This document shows positions 12,854-25,659 of a stretch of DNA of 64,000 bases, piece after piece (positions within the stretch are counted from its first letter, which is position 1; each line of letters starts with the position of its first letter). Made by a program: the position numbers and the translations under genes. Under the pieces are notes generated by a model. It was given only the letters and a program-made list of their open reading frames with translations. It was not told the DNA's origin and searched no databases. Origin of the DNA: Orbicella franksi (lineage: Eukaryota); the NCBI GenBank assembly GCA_964199315.1, contig OZ116698.1:11842001-11906000 (forward strand), written 5' to 3'.

Positions 12854-15800
12854 CTTGAAAATAATGAAGAAACAAATGAATGNNNNNNNNNNNNNNNNNN
12901 NNNNNNNNNNNNNNNNNNNNNNNNNNNNNNNNNNNNNNNNNNNNNNNNNNNNNNNNNNNNNNNNNNNNNNNNNNNNNNNNNNNNNNNNNNNNNNNNNNNN
13001 NNNNNNNNNNNNNNNNNNNNNNNNNNNNNNNNNNNNNNNNNNNNNNNNNNNNNNNNNNNNNNNNNNNNNNNNNNNNNNNNNNNNNNNNNNNNNNNNNNNN
13101 NNNNNNNNNNNNNNNNNNNNNNNNNNNNNNNNNNNNNNNNNNNNNNNNNNNNNNNNNNNNNNNNNNNNNNNNNNNNNNGATGGATGAATCATAGAATTAT
13201 ATAATTGAATGATCAATTATAGATAAACAAATAAATCAAAACAAATTTGACACATTGTTTTAAGCAGACTCTAAATATAACTTTGGGGAGAAACTAGTAC
13301 CTGAGCATATCGTATTGTATTCCATATCGAACCTTACTGACGGATGAACAAATTCAAACTGAAAACTTCACAGCTATATGTTTTTCTTTTGGCAACTCTT
13401 TACAGCTTCAAAGATACCTTACATTTGAATAGAATCGAAGCGGTAGCCGTTAAATTAATTTAAGAAAGGAAGCTCTCTTGATGCATGCATAGGATTATAA
13501 TCTGAAATTTGGTGTTATAGCACGAGAAGGATATGTAAAAGGCGAGAGGCTAGAGTAATCCTATCGTTTAACAATGATTTTTTCGAATTTCCTTGTGGAT
13601 GTCAAACTAGATTTGATACAATTTTCCTTCCTTCATGCTGGAGGAAGATTTAGTAAGTGAAAGAGAAGATATTGAAAGCAATCATTTCCTCTTGGTGTTT
13701 GCAATCCCCATTGAAAAGAAAGCGAAGAAAGCGGTCAAGTTTCTCTCACCAGTGGAATAAAACGGTGATCTGTTCTGCAGCTGGTAACTATTCACATCAT
13801 GACCAATGTCTTTGTTTGAACTTGACTCTTGACACGTGGTTTCCTCTTCGTCCACATCGTGTGAATTCTCGTCACTGCTACTTTCATCTAGAATAGGAAA
13901 AATGGAATGTAAAACTTTACTGTTCAGAAGAGTAACCGATGTCAATTGTAACCCTAATAGGACGTCTGGAGGTTCCGAAGTAATTCTTCACCAGAAAAAA
14001 AAAATATTTGAGTGGTAACTGAAACTAAAACACCGAAAAATCGGTCGGCTTGGCATTATAATAACCAAAACGATGAAATTCAAAAAAATCCGACCTCGGT
14101 TTGCGTTGTGAACGTTGTAAGCTTTCTTCAAGACTCTTTACTGAACTGTTCCGACTTGCCCTGCTTGGAGTTTTATGCCAAACTTACAGCCTTTGAAATA
14201 ATGAAAGCAACGGCTGACCAAGTTATTATCGATCACTCAGATTATAAAATTTTCAGTATACACTTTGTGTTGTCATAACCTGCATGCTTGCTTTGTATCG
14301 ACATTTTCGGGAGAAGTCAGGTGTTGGTGTCTCATGTTTAAGGATAAAATGGTGCTTCGAGCTTAGAAATTGATGAACTCGCCATTTTGATTCTGATTTA
14401 GCCTGTACTTGAACCCTCTTTGTAACTCGGGTGTTGATCCTGATTCTCTGGCCTAACACAGAGGCACAAATGAGTAATGTAGAACCATACGCAACTGAGC
14501 ATTCTGACAAGGTAATAAGACTCTAACGAATTGTCAAACATCATATCTAGGAAGAAAGATTTACTAAAAAATTGTTTCCGGGGACATCAGGCTGACAGTT
14601 AACGCTGTCTTTGTTAGCATGACGCGAAAAACAAGGAATACTGTTACTTTCCCTTTTGATGAGGTGCTAGCAGACTCCTTGGCTTACTCTTTAAAAGTTT
14701 GTTCACATGTCTCCACTTGTCTTCTGTCCGAGAATATACATGCACGTGGGCATATAGAGGCACGGCGAAGTTAAAGTGCTTTGGCCAAGAAAATATCGCA
14801 ACCCTTAAGCCCAACCAGCTTTCCAACCCGGTGATCAGAAGTCTAGCAGAATATTACGTCCGAGCGCATCCGACTCAAGAAGAGAGCAACAACTGAAAGC
14901 TGTTGTGGTTTAGTATCGAAGGAACCATAAAAGAATTTAGAGAAAACGTAAGCACTTTCGAAATTCCTTCATAACGAAGGACCTTTCAGGAAAGAAACAT
15001 TTCATATTTCACCTGCATTTCTCAGCAAAACTAGTTGAAACTCTTCGAAAAGCAGCTAAACTACTTCCTAAGAAAGGTTTCCCAAACAATTTTAGTCAGC
15101 TATGGCTACAAATCATTTTTTGGCAAGAGTTTCATTAAATTATCATCAAGGACAAACGAAAACGTTGGCGAAATATGAGAGCGTTTATGCACCAGTTCCT
15201 ACAACACTCGAGTTGCGCCCCTGTAGCAGGTGCCATTTAACCTCAGGTAAAGAGCTGTCAATAAACTGACCACTGCTAAACTTACCAAATATCTAAACTT
15301 TACAGAACGGAGCAATTTCGTTCATTAAATGTCGATGGATTTTGGAATTTTGTTCTTGTGTGGCTATGTAAAAACTGGGTATGGCGAAAATGGTTGATTT
15401 AGTTGGTCAAGAGAGACTTGGGAGAAAGGTATGTAAAGTGCTACTGAGTTATCAACTCCGGAGCCACTTTATACGACTGTTTATCATAACGATATTTTAA
15501 AATGTTTTGTAGGCCACCAAGTTGGGCATATGTTGGAATAAAAAACTGTCAGTTGAGTTTGGTAATTTCAAATGAAATTTCTGTTTCAAATCAGCAGAAA
15601 AAGTTTCCCACTCACAAGTCGAAGACTGAAAATTCTATTTAGAATACAACCAAGCAGCGAAACGAAAGAAGGAAATGGCACTGTCCATCTAGAAATAAAA
15701 CTTTTAAGCTTATATCTTATAGTTTCAGAACTCAAATTCGTTCTTTAAAAATGTCGTTTAAAACTTGAAGAAATGTAACAACACGCAAAGAAGATTGAGT

Positions 15801-16910
15801 GAAATATTCTCTGGATGTGTACGTTTAAAAGATTTATGAAATCGGCGAAATTTCCGTCAGAGACAGGGTGCAATGCCGGTAAAATAATGATTTGGTCTCA
15901 TTTGATTAAGTTACTCTTCGCAGTTTCATTCTTTTCTCAAACAAAACGGAGCTGAGGTAAATACTCCAGAACGGCTTTTGTCGTGATTTATATTCTATTT
16001 CTAAAAGGGCCCGATGGAAAGAGCCCGATCGTTAACGTGCTTTTAATTGTATCGCTAGAGTCAAAAGCAAACTTTGAGTTTAGATTCACTAGTAAAATGT
16101 TGGAGTTGAAAATTTACTCTTAAATGCCCTGGTAAGTCGTCTTGGTCCTTTTCAAATTCGCTATTGTTTAAAAGTTATTAAACTCCTTACCGGTTTGGGG
16201 TTGAACAGTATTGTTTTTTTCCTGATATTTCCACAGAAAGTTCAGTCCTATTCTTGCGACAAAATGTTTGCTTCTATTATGATTTTTTCCCGCAGAAATA
16301 AAATCTTATCAAGTTTTCCAGTTTAAACAGCGCTAAACGCCCAGATTGTAAACGTGTTTACGTGAAATCTACTTACTAGGTATGAAATATTATAAATTAG
16401 TCCAACAACTCATAAACTGCATAGATAATCGGTTGTATCCAACTCACGACGTTTAGTACTTATCGAGTGCAATATATTCGCTCTGATTTTCCGTGATTTG
16501 AAGACGGTATTCATTGCCATATGTGGGTTGAGTTTGTTGGTGGCTCTCGCCTTGCTCCGAGGGTTTTTCTCAGGGTTCTCCGGTTTTTCGTCCCTCCAAA
16601 AAAACTTAACATCTCCTAATTCCAATTCGAACAGGATAGAGGACCTGCATGAAAACCAGGTAAGGCTGATGTGGCTTCCTCTCTCAATATTGTGATTTGT
16701 AAAGCGAGAAGAGAAACGACTTCTACTAGATTTTAGTTTAAACCTGGAAGCCACCCAATGTTCTCCCTACAGATTACGCACCTTTTCAAAGTGTACAAAA
16801 ATGAAAAATCACATACCAGCTCGGCCAGCTTTATCTTTGTGCTCAAATCCGGCATCTTCGGTCTCCAATGTCGAAGAAAGATTCGGTTTTATAAGAAAAG
16901 ATTTCGGCAT
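12036..16910 (-). CDS. gfi1: Gfi1/Senseless-family SNAG + C2H2 zinc-finger repressor (Gfi-A), proximal-start model: join(16910-16817, 13887-13750, 12853-12036), 349 aa, 5 zinc fingers
   Basis: Exon 1 reads [13 protein letters not shown]... (SNAG) and ends G|gtatgt in phase 1. The 138-bp acidic exon has tag|...|gtgaga boundaries. The last exon carries [58 protein letters not shown], the diagnostic Gfi1 ZF3-6 sequences. Total 1050 nt, in frame to the stop. Confidence 0.88.
12883..13178. other. Assembly gap (296 N) in the last intron of Gfi-A
   Basis: Run of N. The flanks aatgaatg and gatggatgaat suggest a microsatellite. Confidence 1.
13750..13887 (-). CDS. Gfi-A internal acidic exon ([20 protein letters not shown]...)
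   Basis: Polypyrimidine tract and ttctag| acceptor, |gtgaga donor, 138 bp, phase 1-1, open frame. Confidence 0.8.
16518..16700 (+). mobile_element. 5'-truncated SINE-like interspersed repeat
   Basis: catatgtgggttgagtttgttgg...gggttctccggtttt... resembles the body of a common anthozoan SINE (pattern recall, not a search). Confidence 0.6.
16817..16910 (-). CDS. SNAG-domain first exon (MPKSFLIK...), proximal start of Gfi-A
   Basis: ATG at 16910, SNAG consensus MP(R/K)SFL(V/I)K, 94 bp ending G|gtatgt. Too short to appear in the ORF track. Confidence 0.85.
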
Positions 16911-19900
16911 TGCTTAACGAAGCTGCTCCTGAGGGTCGAAACTGAAGGGAAGTGGTCAAGGGAATGCTTGCTAGGGAGTGGTTCAGCGACACTATCAGTG
17001 TTTTCAATCACACGACGTCACATAATTAGGCAGAACTAGAGCTTACGACAACATAAACAGCTTATGACTCCATAAGAAAAGCTATAGGGGAACATTCAGA
17101 TAAAACCTTGACCTTGAACTAGAAAATAATAAAAAGAGGTAACTATACGACAGTGTACCTGATTCGGAGATCGTTTTTGGTAGAATGAAATAGCGCGAGA
17201 ACATTGATGCCTTCAAGACAAGCCAATCTAGTTCAAGCTGCCGAGGGGAAGAGGTCCGCATTAGAACTTGTTGTCTGCATGCTGTTATATAGATCAAGTC
17301 GATGAGAGAGTGAAATATCATAGTTTATTAAACTTGTGAGGGCTATTAAGCGTTGAGTTTATTAACATGTTCAATGTCTCAATCTGTTTCTATAAATCTA
17401 TTTGAATGTGAGTGGTTTTCACGCATTTTGAAAATCTTTCAGACGCCTTTCTAACGTACATGTCAAAATTAGGAAACGGCTGATTAAAAACGAGAACCTG
17501 AAATTCTTATTCAAAAAGTCTGAGAGTAGCAATTTTATTTATTAAAATGTCACACCTTAAAATTATATTCATTGCATAAGTTGTTGTCTTCAGGAACAGA
17601 GTAAATGACTGAAGTCATATAAGGATGAAGTTATGAAACGTTTAGTTTTGGGCGTCCCCCACTTTTGTACGCTAAGCACTTTCCCACAGGGAGAAAAATG
17701 TTCCAAAATACTTGTCGAAGACACGAAGACAGAATTTTTAAATTCGAAATCAGGAAAACGAAACACTAAGAAGTTGGCTTTAGAAATTTAAATCAGGGAG
17801 ACAAATACTGGAACTATTGTAGGCGAAATATTGCTAAACTGTTTATCGCACGGTTAAATAAACCTTTTCTTTTCAATTTTCTTTTGGGAAGGAGAAGAAC
17901 GAAAACAATACCCGGTGGAGGTTATCTGAGTCTAAATATTTTATTTATTAACGTATTACTCGAGAGAAAACGCATGTTATTCCTGCAGAGATCCACTATG
18001 CATATCAAAAGACCCAACTGAGCTGCTCAAGGCAGAATTTTGCCAATTATTCAATAGCTTGAAGTGTTCTTTTTTTCATCAACTGTTAAATTCTGATAAA
18101 ACGTAGAAGAAAATTTTTTTGTGAGTGATGTCGTTAAATTTACACAAAGAAAATGCTTGCCTCGTTAATTATTCTCTCCTCTCGACCAAAATTTTATTAG
18201 CAAGGCCAGGTCAGTTAAGCTTAAATTTCTAGAGCAGCGTGCTCCTTTTGTAAAATGACAAACCCTATAAAACTATAGAAATATGTCTCCATTATCACAC
18301 ATTTACACAAAAAAATCAGCTCCAAAGACTGGACTCGTTTAGATTTTTCATGATTTACTGGAAAGGTTTCAAATTGTGCCATCGCCCACGTCTGAACAGG
18401 TGCTGGACGGAATTGAATTTCCTCGCTCTTGTTTGTTTACGGATTTAACACACGCAGTGCATAATAAAAATTTGAAAAAAAAACAAATCACTGATCTTGG
18501 CAAAGGTCTTAAAAAACGTTCCTTTTTTCGCGAGAGAGCTTGTAAGGAGCAATTGTCTGTTTATTTACAAAAATCGATAGAAAGCTTCAATTTTAGGCCT
18601 TTCTTAGAAGCATGTCTCAGAAGACGTATGATTAAGTCTAATATATTTTGAGAAAAACGTCATGACTGAACTCGAGGTTTCTGTACTTAAAGCGTGTGAT
18701 TTTATTCACTCGAAAAGCAATCGCTAGTTAAGCGCAAGAATAAAAATCCTGCCCCTAATTTTTCTTACGTTTACTGCTATATTTTGCACACCTAGCAAAT
18801 TAAAAGTCATCATTAATTTTGTATCAGATTCCAGTGCTTTCTTTCCTCCAACCTACACGAAATTTGGAGAAAACGACGCGATTAAATGAACATTACAATC
18901 CTGGTGCAGTGGTCCTGAAAACAGTCTTACAAGAAAATATGTTTAGTAAAATGTATATTTTGAAGTTTTGAAATCCAAAATGAAAATCTAAATGAAACCT
19001 GATTGAGAGCAGCGTCATGTTGTATAATGGCAGCCAGCCAATATACCACTTTTAGTCAGTAAAAGCTTTTAATACTAGCCTACTGCAGGTGTAATCAATA
19101 GATTCTTAATAGATAGAACCACACAAAAGCGTTGTTAACAAAGGGCAAACTCCGAATAGGGAGTGACAATTTTTCTCAGTCGTCAATATTACATAGTTTT
19201 TCTATTAGTCACAGTGAGAATTTTGGGGGACATAAAAAGACGTCCAATGCAATTTACGACGTAAAAATACTCTAAATAGAAACTGATCAAGGTAACAAAA
19301 ATGCACATGTAGATTATATACCGAGCGTTTTGATAAAAATGCAAGGAGAAAATAGTTTCAGCCCAAGCTAGCCCATGCATAATACAGAGCACACCCCATA
19401 GACAGTCAATTGTCATGCAAGGCTAGTGCGCACTGCAAACATGGGTGTGGATAAAGTTAATATCATTTGACAGACTAATAAATGGCGAGGAAGGCGATTG
19501 AATTATTGCAATTTTAGGTTTTCAGTCAGTTTAGAGATGAGTTAGAACGTAAATGCACGTTTACCACTTCATTTGCACGCCTTAGAAGTAATCATAATAG
19601 GAATAGTTTCTAGCTAGTACCCCGCTGGTATTGAGTAATCACGAGTCCTTGAAGATCACAATAAAAGCGAGGCGTGCTAGCCAACTTCACTGAACTGAAT
19701 TCAGCTGCAAAGCAATAATGTCTAATAACTCAGAAGAGAGCATTCACCACAACCACACTAACATCAAGGAGCTTATTCATCGCTTTTTCTTCACTTTTGA
19801 CAGTTGTTGACGTAACAAGTTTTAAGAGAAAGTTTTTCCTTCCTTTAAGTCGTTTCCTGGCGTGATATATAACGTATAGCAGATTGCTCAAGACAGCTTG

Positions 19901-20209
19901 AATCAAGCATGCAAAATTTATTTCACACCTCGTTGAAATGTTCTTTTACTTTGTATATCCAAATAACGGGAAATATGATTTTGTCTAATGTAGATCTTGA
20001 CCAAATATCTGGCATCGTTCACTTAAACGTGCAGTTACAAACATACTGATTGAATTCAATGATTTTAATAACATTTTCCCACCTTTTTTGCCTGAAATAT
20101 AACTAGTTGTTTGACAAAAAAAGTCAATTAGAAACATATAAATTCAAATTCTGTACATAAATTTCTAAGCGTTTTGTAAGGTCCTGGTTATGGACTAAGA
20201 TCACTAATG

Positions 20210-20714
20210 CACTCTTCTTTATATAACAATATACTTTATAAGAATATCAATGCTGAAATTTTGCGAAATTTTAAGAATATTTTAAGAATAAACCTGAGGC
20301 TGAGATTTTGAAAAGAACATAATTTTGTGTGTTGAAATTTGCAAATGCAATACAATTAAGACTTATATCAGTGTTTTTCACTAAACCCAAGAAAATTTCT
20401 TCCTCTCCCTAAACGGTCAAACTAGCCAAAAAAACAACAAAAACAGCACTAGTTGCATGTTCGATGCTAACAACATTCCTACAAGAAGTTGTGTGAGCCA
20501 TATCAGGTTTTATTGCCTACAGCCTGGCTCCAAAATTACTTCAACGCCATCAAAATCATGATAGGACAGATAATCTAACGATATTTCGGCATAGCCCACT
20601 TTCTATTACTTTAATCTAAGAATATTCCCAAGAATATTTTCAGCCTGAAATCGGCAGAAATATAAGAATGTTCAGCTTGGGCCGGGAAAACAATAGTCTT
20701 ATTAAAAAAGAGTG
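20210..20714. mobile_element. MITE with degenerate TIRs
   Basis: cactcttcttt... and ...aaaaaagagtg inverted termini. Confidence 0.45.
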
Positions 20715-22586
20715 TAACTACACACTACATGTCAACTTTATAAAAGCTATTAGTTGTCATCTCATGACACGGAGAATTTTTTGCTTTCTCTTTTAATTTA
20801 GCTGTGGATAAACAAGCCCGAGATATTCCGGTTTGTAAGTTAAATTGCAATCAAAGTTGAACTAAGGATGAATATTCTAAAATGGCTAAAAAAAAGTAAT
20901 TAGCAAAATCTGTACAAACAGTGAAGGCTAAATGTTTTCATTAGTCCGGTGTGACGACAAATATTCGATTTAATGCCGGTGTGTTGGACCTGAATCTCAT
21001 ACGTGCACTGCTCTGCCAATTTCAAGTTTAAAGGTTGACGTGTTTTTGTCATGTTCGGTTATAAAATATCGACTATAAATCGTTTGGTTTGATGCTTGAA
21101 ATTCCAAATAGTGGCATCTGGATGATGTATTACGGTGTCTAATTGTATTTCTACAAATCACTAGCCCTTGATAGTAGCGCTTAACAGCTTAAAAGCTAAC
21201 CGAACTCAAATTGCCTAAAAGGTTTGTTATCGACTCGTATTGATATTCCTATTTTTGATGCACGACCATGGCGTTGTGTCCAAACTTAAGTAGCGTTGCT
21301 TCAAGACACGTTCATTTAAATTCATGCATAGACATATTTCTGTTTGGAAATTTTTTTTGCTGGAAAATAAAGACACGATTCAATTTTTCACCGTTACAAC
21401 TCGGAGCAGAACCGTACACCTTCAATTTGCTAGGATCATATCCAGTTTGAAGAGTCTTAGCAAAGATTCGCACCCCGGGTGTTTTTCAAAAGGGTTCACC
21501 CAACTTTCTGCCAAGGATACGAATCTAATACCGATTAGCTTTTCAGAGATTTACAATTCCCCTTGCATTTAATTCAGAAATGTAAAATTTGAAACAGATG
21601 CCTAACAAGCAAATATACTGAAAATCATCCAGTCAGAAAACAGGGCAATAATTTATTAGGTGTGGCCGTGTCAGCAAAAGAAAAAAAAACCTCTTAAGGT
21701 TGCGCAATTGTTTTAAAAGGTCCATTTTTAACCAGAGAGCAGGTTCCCTATTCAGCCGACTAAATGGGGTTTTCTTCTGAGCCACCCAATAACTGCACAT
21801 TACGCCAGCGTTGTATTCTAGATTGGGGCAGAACTAGTCTTTAGAGATTACCATGACACAACATAAAGCTTGTTAAGAAACTCCAAACATCTGAGCTCCC
21901 GATACACATCCCGTGTGCTTGAATTCGAATTTAAAGACTCCGAAATACAACTAATTCAGGTTTCCTCTGTTTAATTAACTTTGAAAGCACACCGGGTAAA
22001 CTATGCTGGAATTCAATTTAGATATGACGCTTCGAACATTTTATTGAACGCGCGAATCAGATTTTAATTCAATAACAAAAATGCTTGAAAATTGGTGATT
22101 TTGCACGGATTTGCAGCGTCCAAAAGAACTTCTTTAAAACTTGAAGATTTGCACTTCTTTGGAAAATCGTAGCACTTAAGAGGGGTTTAAAAGCGATTGG
22201 AACGTAAAGAGAACGTAGGCGGAGAAAAATCTCAAACACGATAATCAACATTTTGCCACCGGCCGACAGTAAACACTAAGTTTTGGCCGTAAAATCAAAA
22301 GAAATGTTTAGCTTCTTGCTGATTTCGACAATGTATATTCTTGCACACATAGAAAGTATTTTTTGATGTAAATAGCGGAAATCATTTTAACGAAAAATGT
22401 TTGCTTGATGAAAAGAAAGCTAGCAAGCCAAATTGAAACGACATATTCTGTTCCAGAGTTGGAAAATGCAACATTCAGTCACGCGCTCTATCTAGAACAA
22501 GTTGAAGTGTTTAGGTCTCGGGAATTGAAAGATTAGCTAAAAGAATAAGCAAATCCCGGGAAATACTAATAACTATCATTAAATAC

Positions 22587-23125
22587 CTTCGGAGTCCATG
22601 TTTGTATCGGACTCTGCAGAATCACAGTCATCTTTGGAAGTTTCTTGTAGCGCAATCTCGTCTTCATCATTTTTTGTCGCGGGTAATCCGCTAGGTTCAC
22701 CTTTTAGCGAGGAGGAATTTTGTTTTCCTACAATACCAGACAAAACAAAAATAGGCACATTATTTGAAAACCAGTTCAGTCCCAGATAATGTATTTCCGT
22801 AGACTAAGAGGTAAATCAACTGAGGATCAGAGTCGAAGAGATTTTTTTGAAAATTCATCTCTGAATTGCAACACGAATCACTCATGTGTGATACAGGCAA
22901 TCGCAAAATATGCTCTGAAATAAGGACAAAAATGGGATCTTTGACGCGTAGCAATGGCGGGTACCGGGAAAAGTTAAATGGAATTGTGCAAACCATAACA
23001 AAGAAAGCCCGGGTGAAAATCACAACCAGGTATTTACCTTGTTCATTTCTTGTCTCAACACCCTGGTGCGAAACATCGCTGGAAACTGCAGTGGGCTTCG
23101 TGCGCACAAGAAAAGCTCTTGGCAT
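22587..23125 (-). CDS. Second SNAG start module: exons 23125-23038 (MPRAFLVRTK...) and 22727-22587 (acidic). Distal alternative start of Gfi-A (394 aa model) or orphan paralog remnant
   Basis: SNAG motif at the start of ORF 22760..23125, donor G|gtaaat. The next exon has tgtag| and |gtattt boundaries, 141 bp, phase 1-1, open. It is frame-compatible with the exon at 13887. Confidence 0.8.
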
Positions 23126-25659
23126 TTTGATTTTTGTTCGTTTCTTGCTCTAATAAGGGTGGCCGTGTAGGTCCTCGGGTATTAACGGTACGTGCTGAAG
23201 AGAACAGGTCGTGCAATACGTGGGTTGTTTATCCACTCGTGAAATCTTTGCTGTAAATATTTGATACAAATGAAGATTGAACTTCACAGCCTAGGCTAGC
23301 ACCCTTAAGGCAGGTGTTTTGAGCTTGCAAATGGTCCAAGATGTAGTGCGGTTTCGTCCAATCCCACCTGCTTGATAACTACGCGCTTGGAAAGCTTGTA
23401 AATTGAGTTACCATTTACTTAAACACCGCGCGCGCACTACGGAGACACGTTCTGAAGGGTTCCTGGCTAGAGAACAGAAGTCTACGCCCATATGACTAGT
23501 GATGACCAGGGATATGTCCCATTGTAGCCGTATTTCGATTTTTCAATATCAAACAGTGCTTGTTTGTTTTGCTTGACTATAAATATGCTCTTGCGCGAGC
23601 TCCATTGTTGTGCAAATCCCGGGCGCGCAAAATGGCGCGCGCTCTTCATTATTTATTAAGCAGCACTTTTAGAATGGGAAAGCTAAACCGCGAATCTCGC
23701 AACCCGAGAACACGGATAATAACTTGCACTTTCATTGTTTACTTTTGAGACAGGCTTTATTCCATAAAGATTTAATAGCTAAAGATTATTAGAGTCTGTT
23801 TCTAGTGAGTGACGCCAGTGAAACCGAAGAAACTGTTTTCATGTTTGATCATGTTATTATATTGCTCCTTCGGTCATCTGTTTAGGATTTAACGAAACAA
23901 CATTGACAATTTTCCGTTAAATGATAGAATGTTTATTTTTATTCTTTAATACGCGGATGCGATACCCAGTAATTGATAACTAACTTTTACGCGTGTTTAT
24001 CTCAATCAAAATGAATTTCACGAGCCAGTCTCTGTGCCCACCTGATGCGGATGTTGTCACGTAGTTTGTTAAATAAATTTGAACTAGAACTGTTGAATTA
24101 TATTATATAATCGGATTCAAGTCACATCCCTTGATTTAAACATCCGCTGAACAGGTGGAGAAATCTGAATGATGGGCGCGTGCGAGTGCGCCAGGGCGGA
24201 CATTTAAGGCAGCAGGTCGACTGAACAGAGATTGTAAACCTTAGTCGTTTGAGTTAGCACTGTAGTTGGGTCAACACGGTTTTATCGACTGGCTTCTGTT
24301 TATGAAGTTCTTAGCCTGGCCAGGATGTGTACACATACCGAACAAACTGTACAATAAGCTTGTTATTAACTCTGTTTGTGGTATATTTGCCCCGCTGAAA
24401 GCTCATTACGAAAAGCTGGGTACGTGGACTCAAACCCCGCCAGTCCTAAATTCCTAGTTACGTATACATAGTAAAAAAATCAGTTCAGCCAGGTTGCTTC
24501 AGTTGTTAAAATAAACGTTCAGAATTATATTCGAAATTATGTCACAATGTTTCTGAAAAAAAATCTTTTTGCATTGTCATCAACGCACGTATTATAGGAT
24601 TGGGTGACAATAAATCACGTGACGGTCGGATATTGTCAGTGGGCTCTAATGATTAATGTTGCGAAAGTTTAGACAATGTCAGCACATCTTCCGCTCTTAT
24701 GCCACGATATCGAGGGAATATTGAGTGACTCGTTCTCTCATGTCGCTATTGCTTTTTATTTACTTTCAATCACAAAATCCTCCCTCAGCAGAGTGTGTTT
24801 TCTTACCATAAGAGGCACTCAAAGAGAATATTGTTCTGGTGAGGCATATTTCATAAGGATGGGGTACAACCGGACACAGTTGGCCACTAATTTCCGAAGT
24901 AAAATAAACAAGTTTTAGATTTATGCTTTTATTAGTTATACAAGTTATCTGGAACATAATTGGTACACGCTTTCAAAAAGTTAAGCGCTTCTCAGATAAG
25001 CAAATATTTATTGGTAACTACTCTAGTTGTTGTCAGAAACTGTGCACTCTGCAGAGATTAAATTTCTCTCTGTCTTTGTCGAAATTTTTGTTCAAAGTTT
25101 TCAAAATAAGCGGAATTTGCTACAATTGTTTATGTACTTTTTGCTCATGCGACTATTTCATAATATAACGTGTTACATTCTTATCAGAATGCGACTAGGT
25201 CTTAGCTTAGTTACATTGTTGAGAAATTTAATTCTTCGTATCTCTTGAACCCTTCTTCCAACTTGCAAAGTTGCTAGGGCTGATTGCCTCACGCGACAGG
25301 CTTACGACAAGTCTACAATACAGATTGTTTCGTGTAAATCAAAACTTCAATTCGCTTGCGCCTGCCGTACACGGCACAAAAATGTCGTTGGATTTTGAAC
25401 CATGTTTTAAAACCTTGGCTTACGAAAATGGTGGCAACTCAAACTATGTTTGAGATAGCCTGTTTAGCAGACGTTTCCTTTCCATTTTCCAGCGAGCGAG
25501 CGCGCCTGGGATGGGCAAAAAGGGAGAGAAGTGAGTGGAGAGGACAAGGGAAGTCGTATACAATTTTACACCAAGGGGCTCACTTCTCCAACGACGAGCA
25601 GGGTAGCTCGAGCATTGGGGCAGTGTCAGCGACTCGTTGCATGTATCTAAGGAGTATTG

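Noticed and set aside
12614-13216. Several ORFs spanning the N run
   Set aside because: Artefacts of translating through the assembly gap.
14253-14510. 85-aa ORF between Gfi-A exons
   Set aside because: The candidate splice sites give a phase 1 to phase 0 exon, incompatible with the flanking exons.
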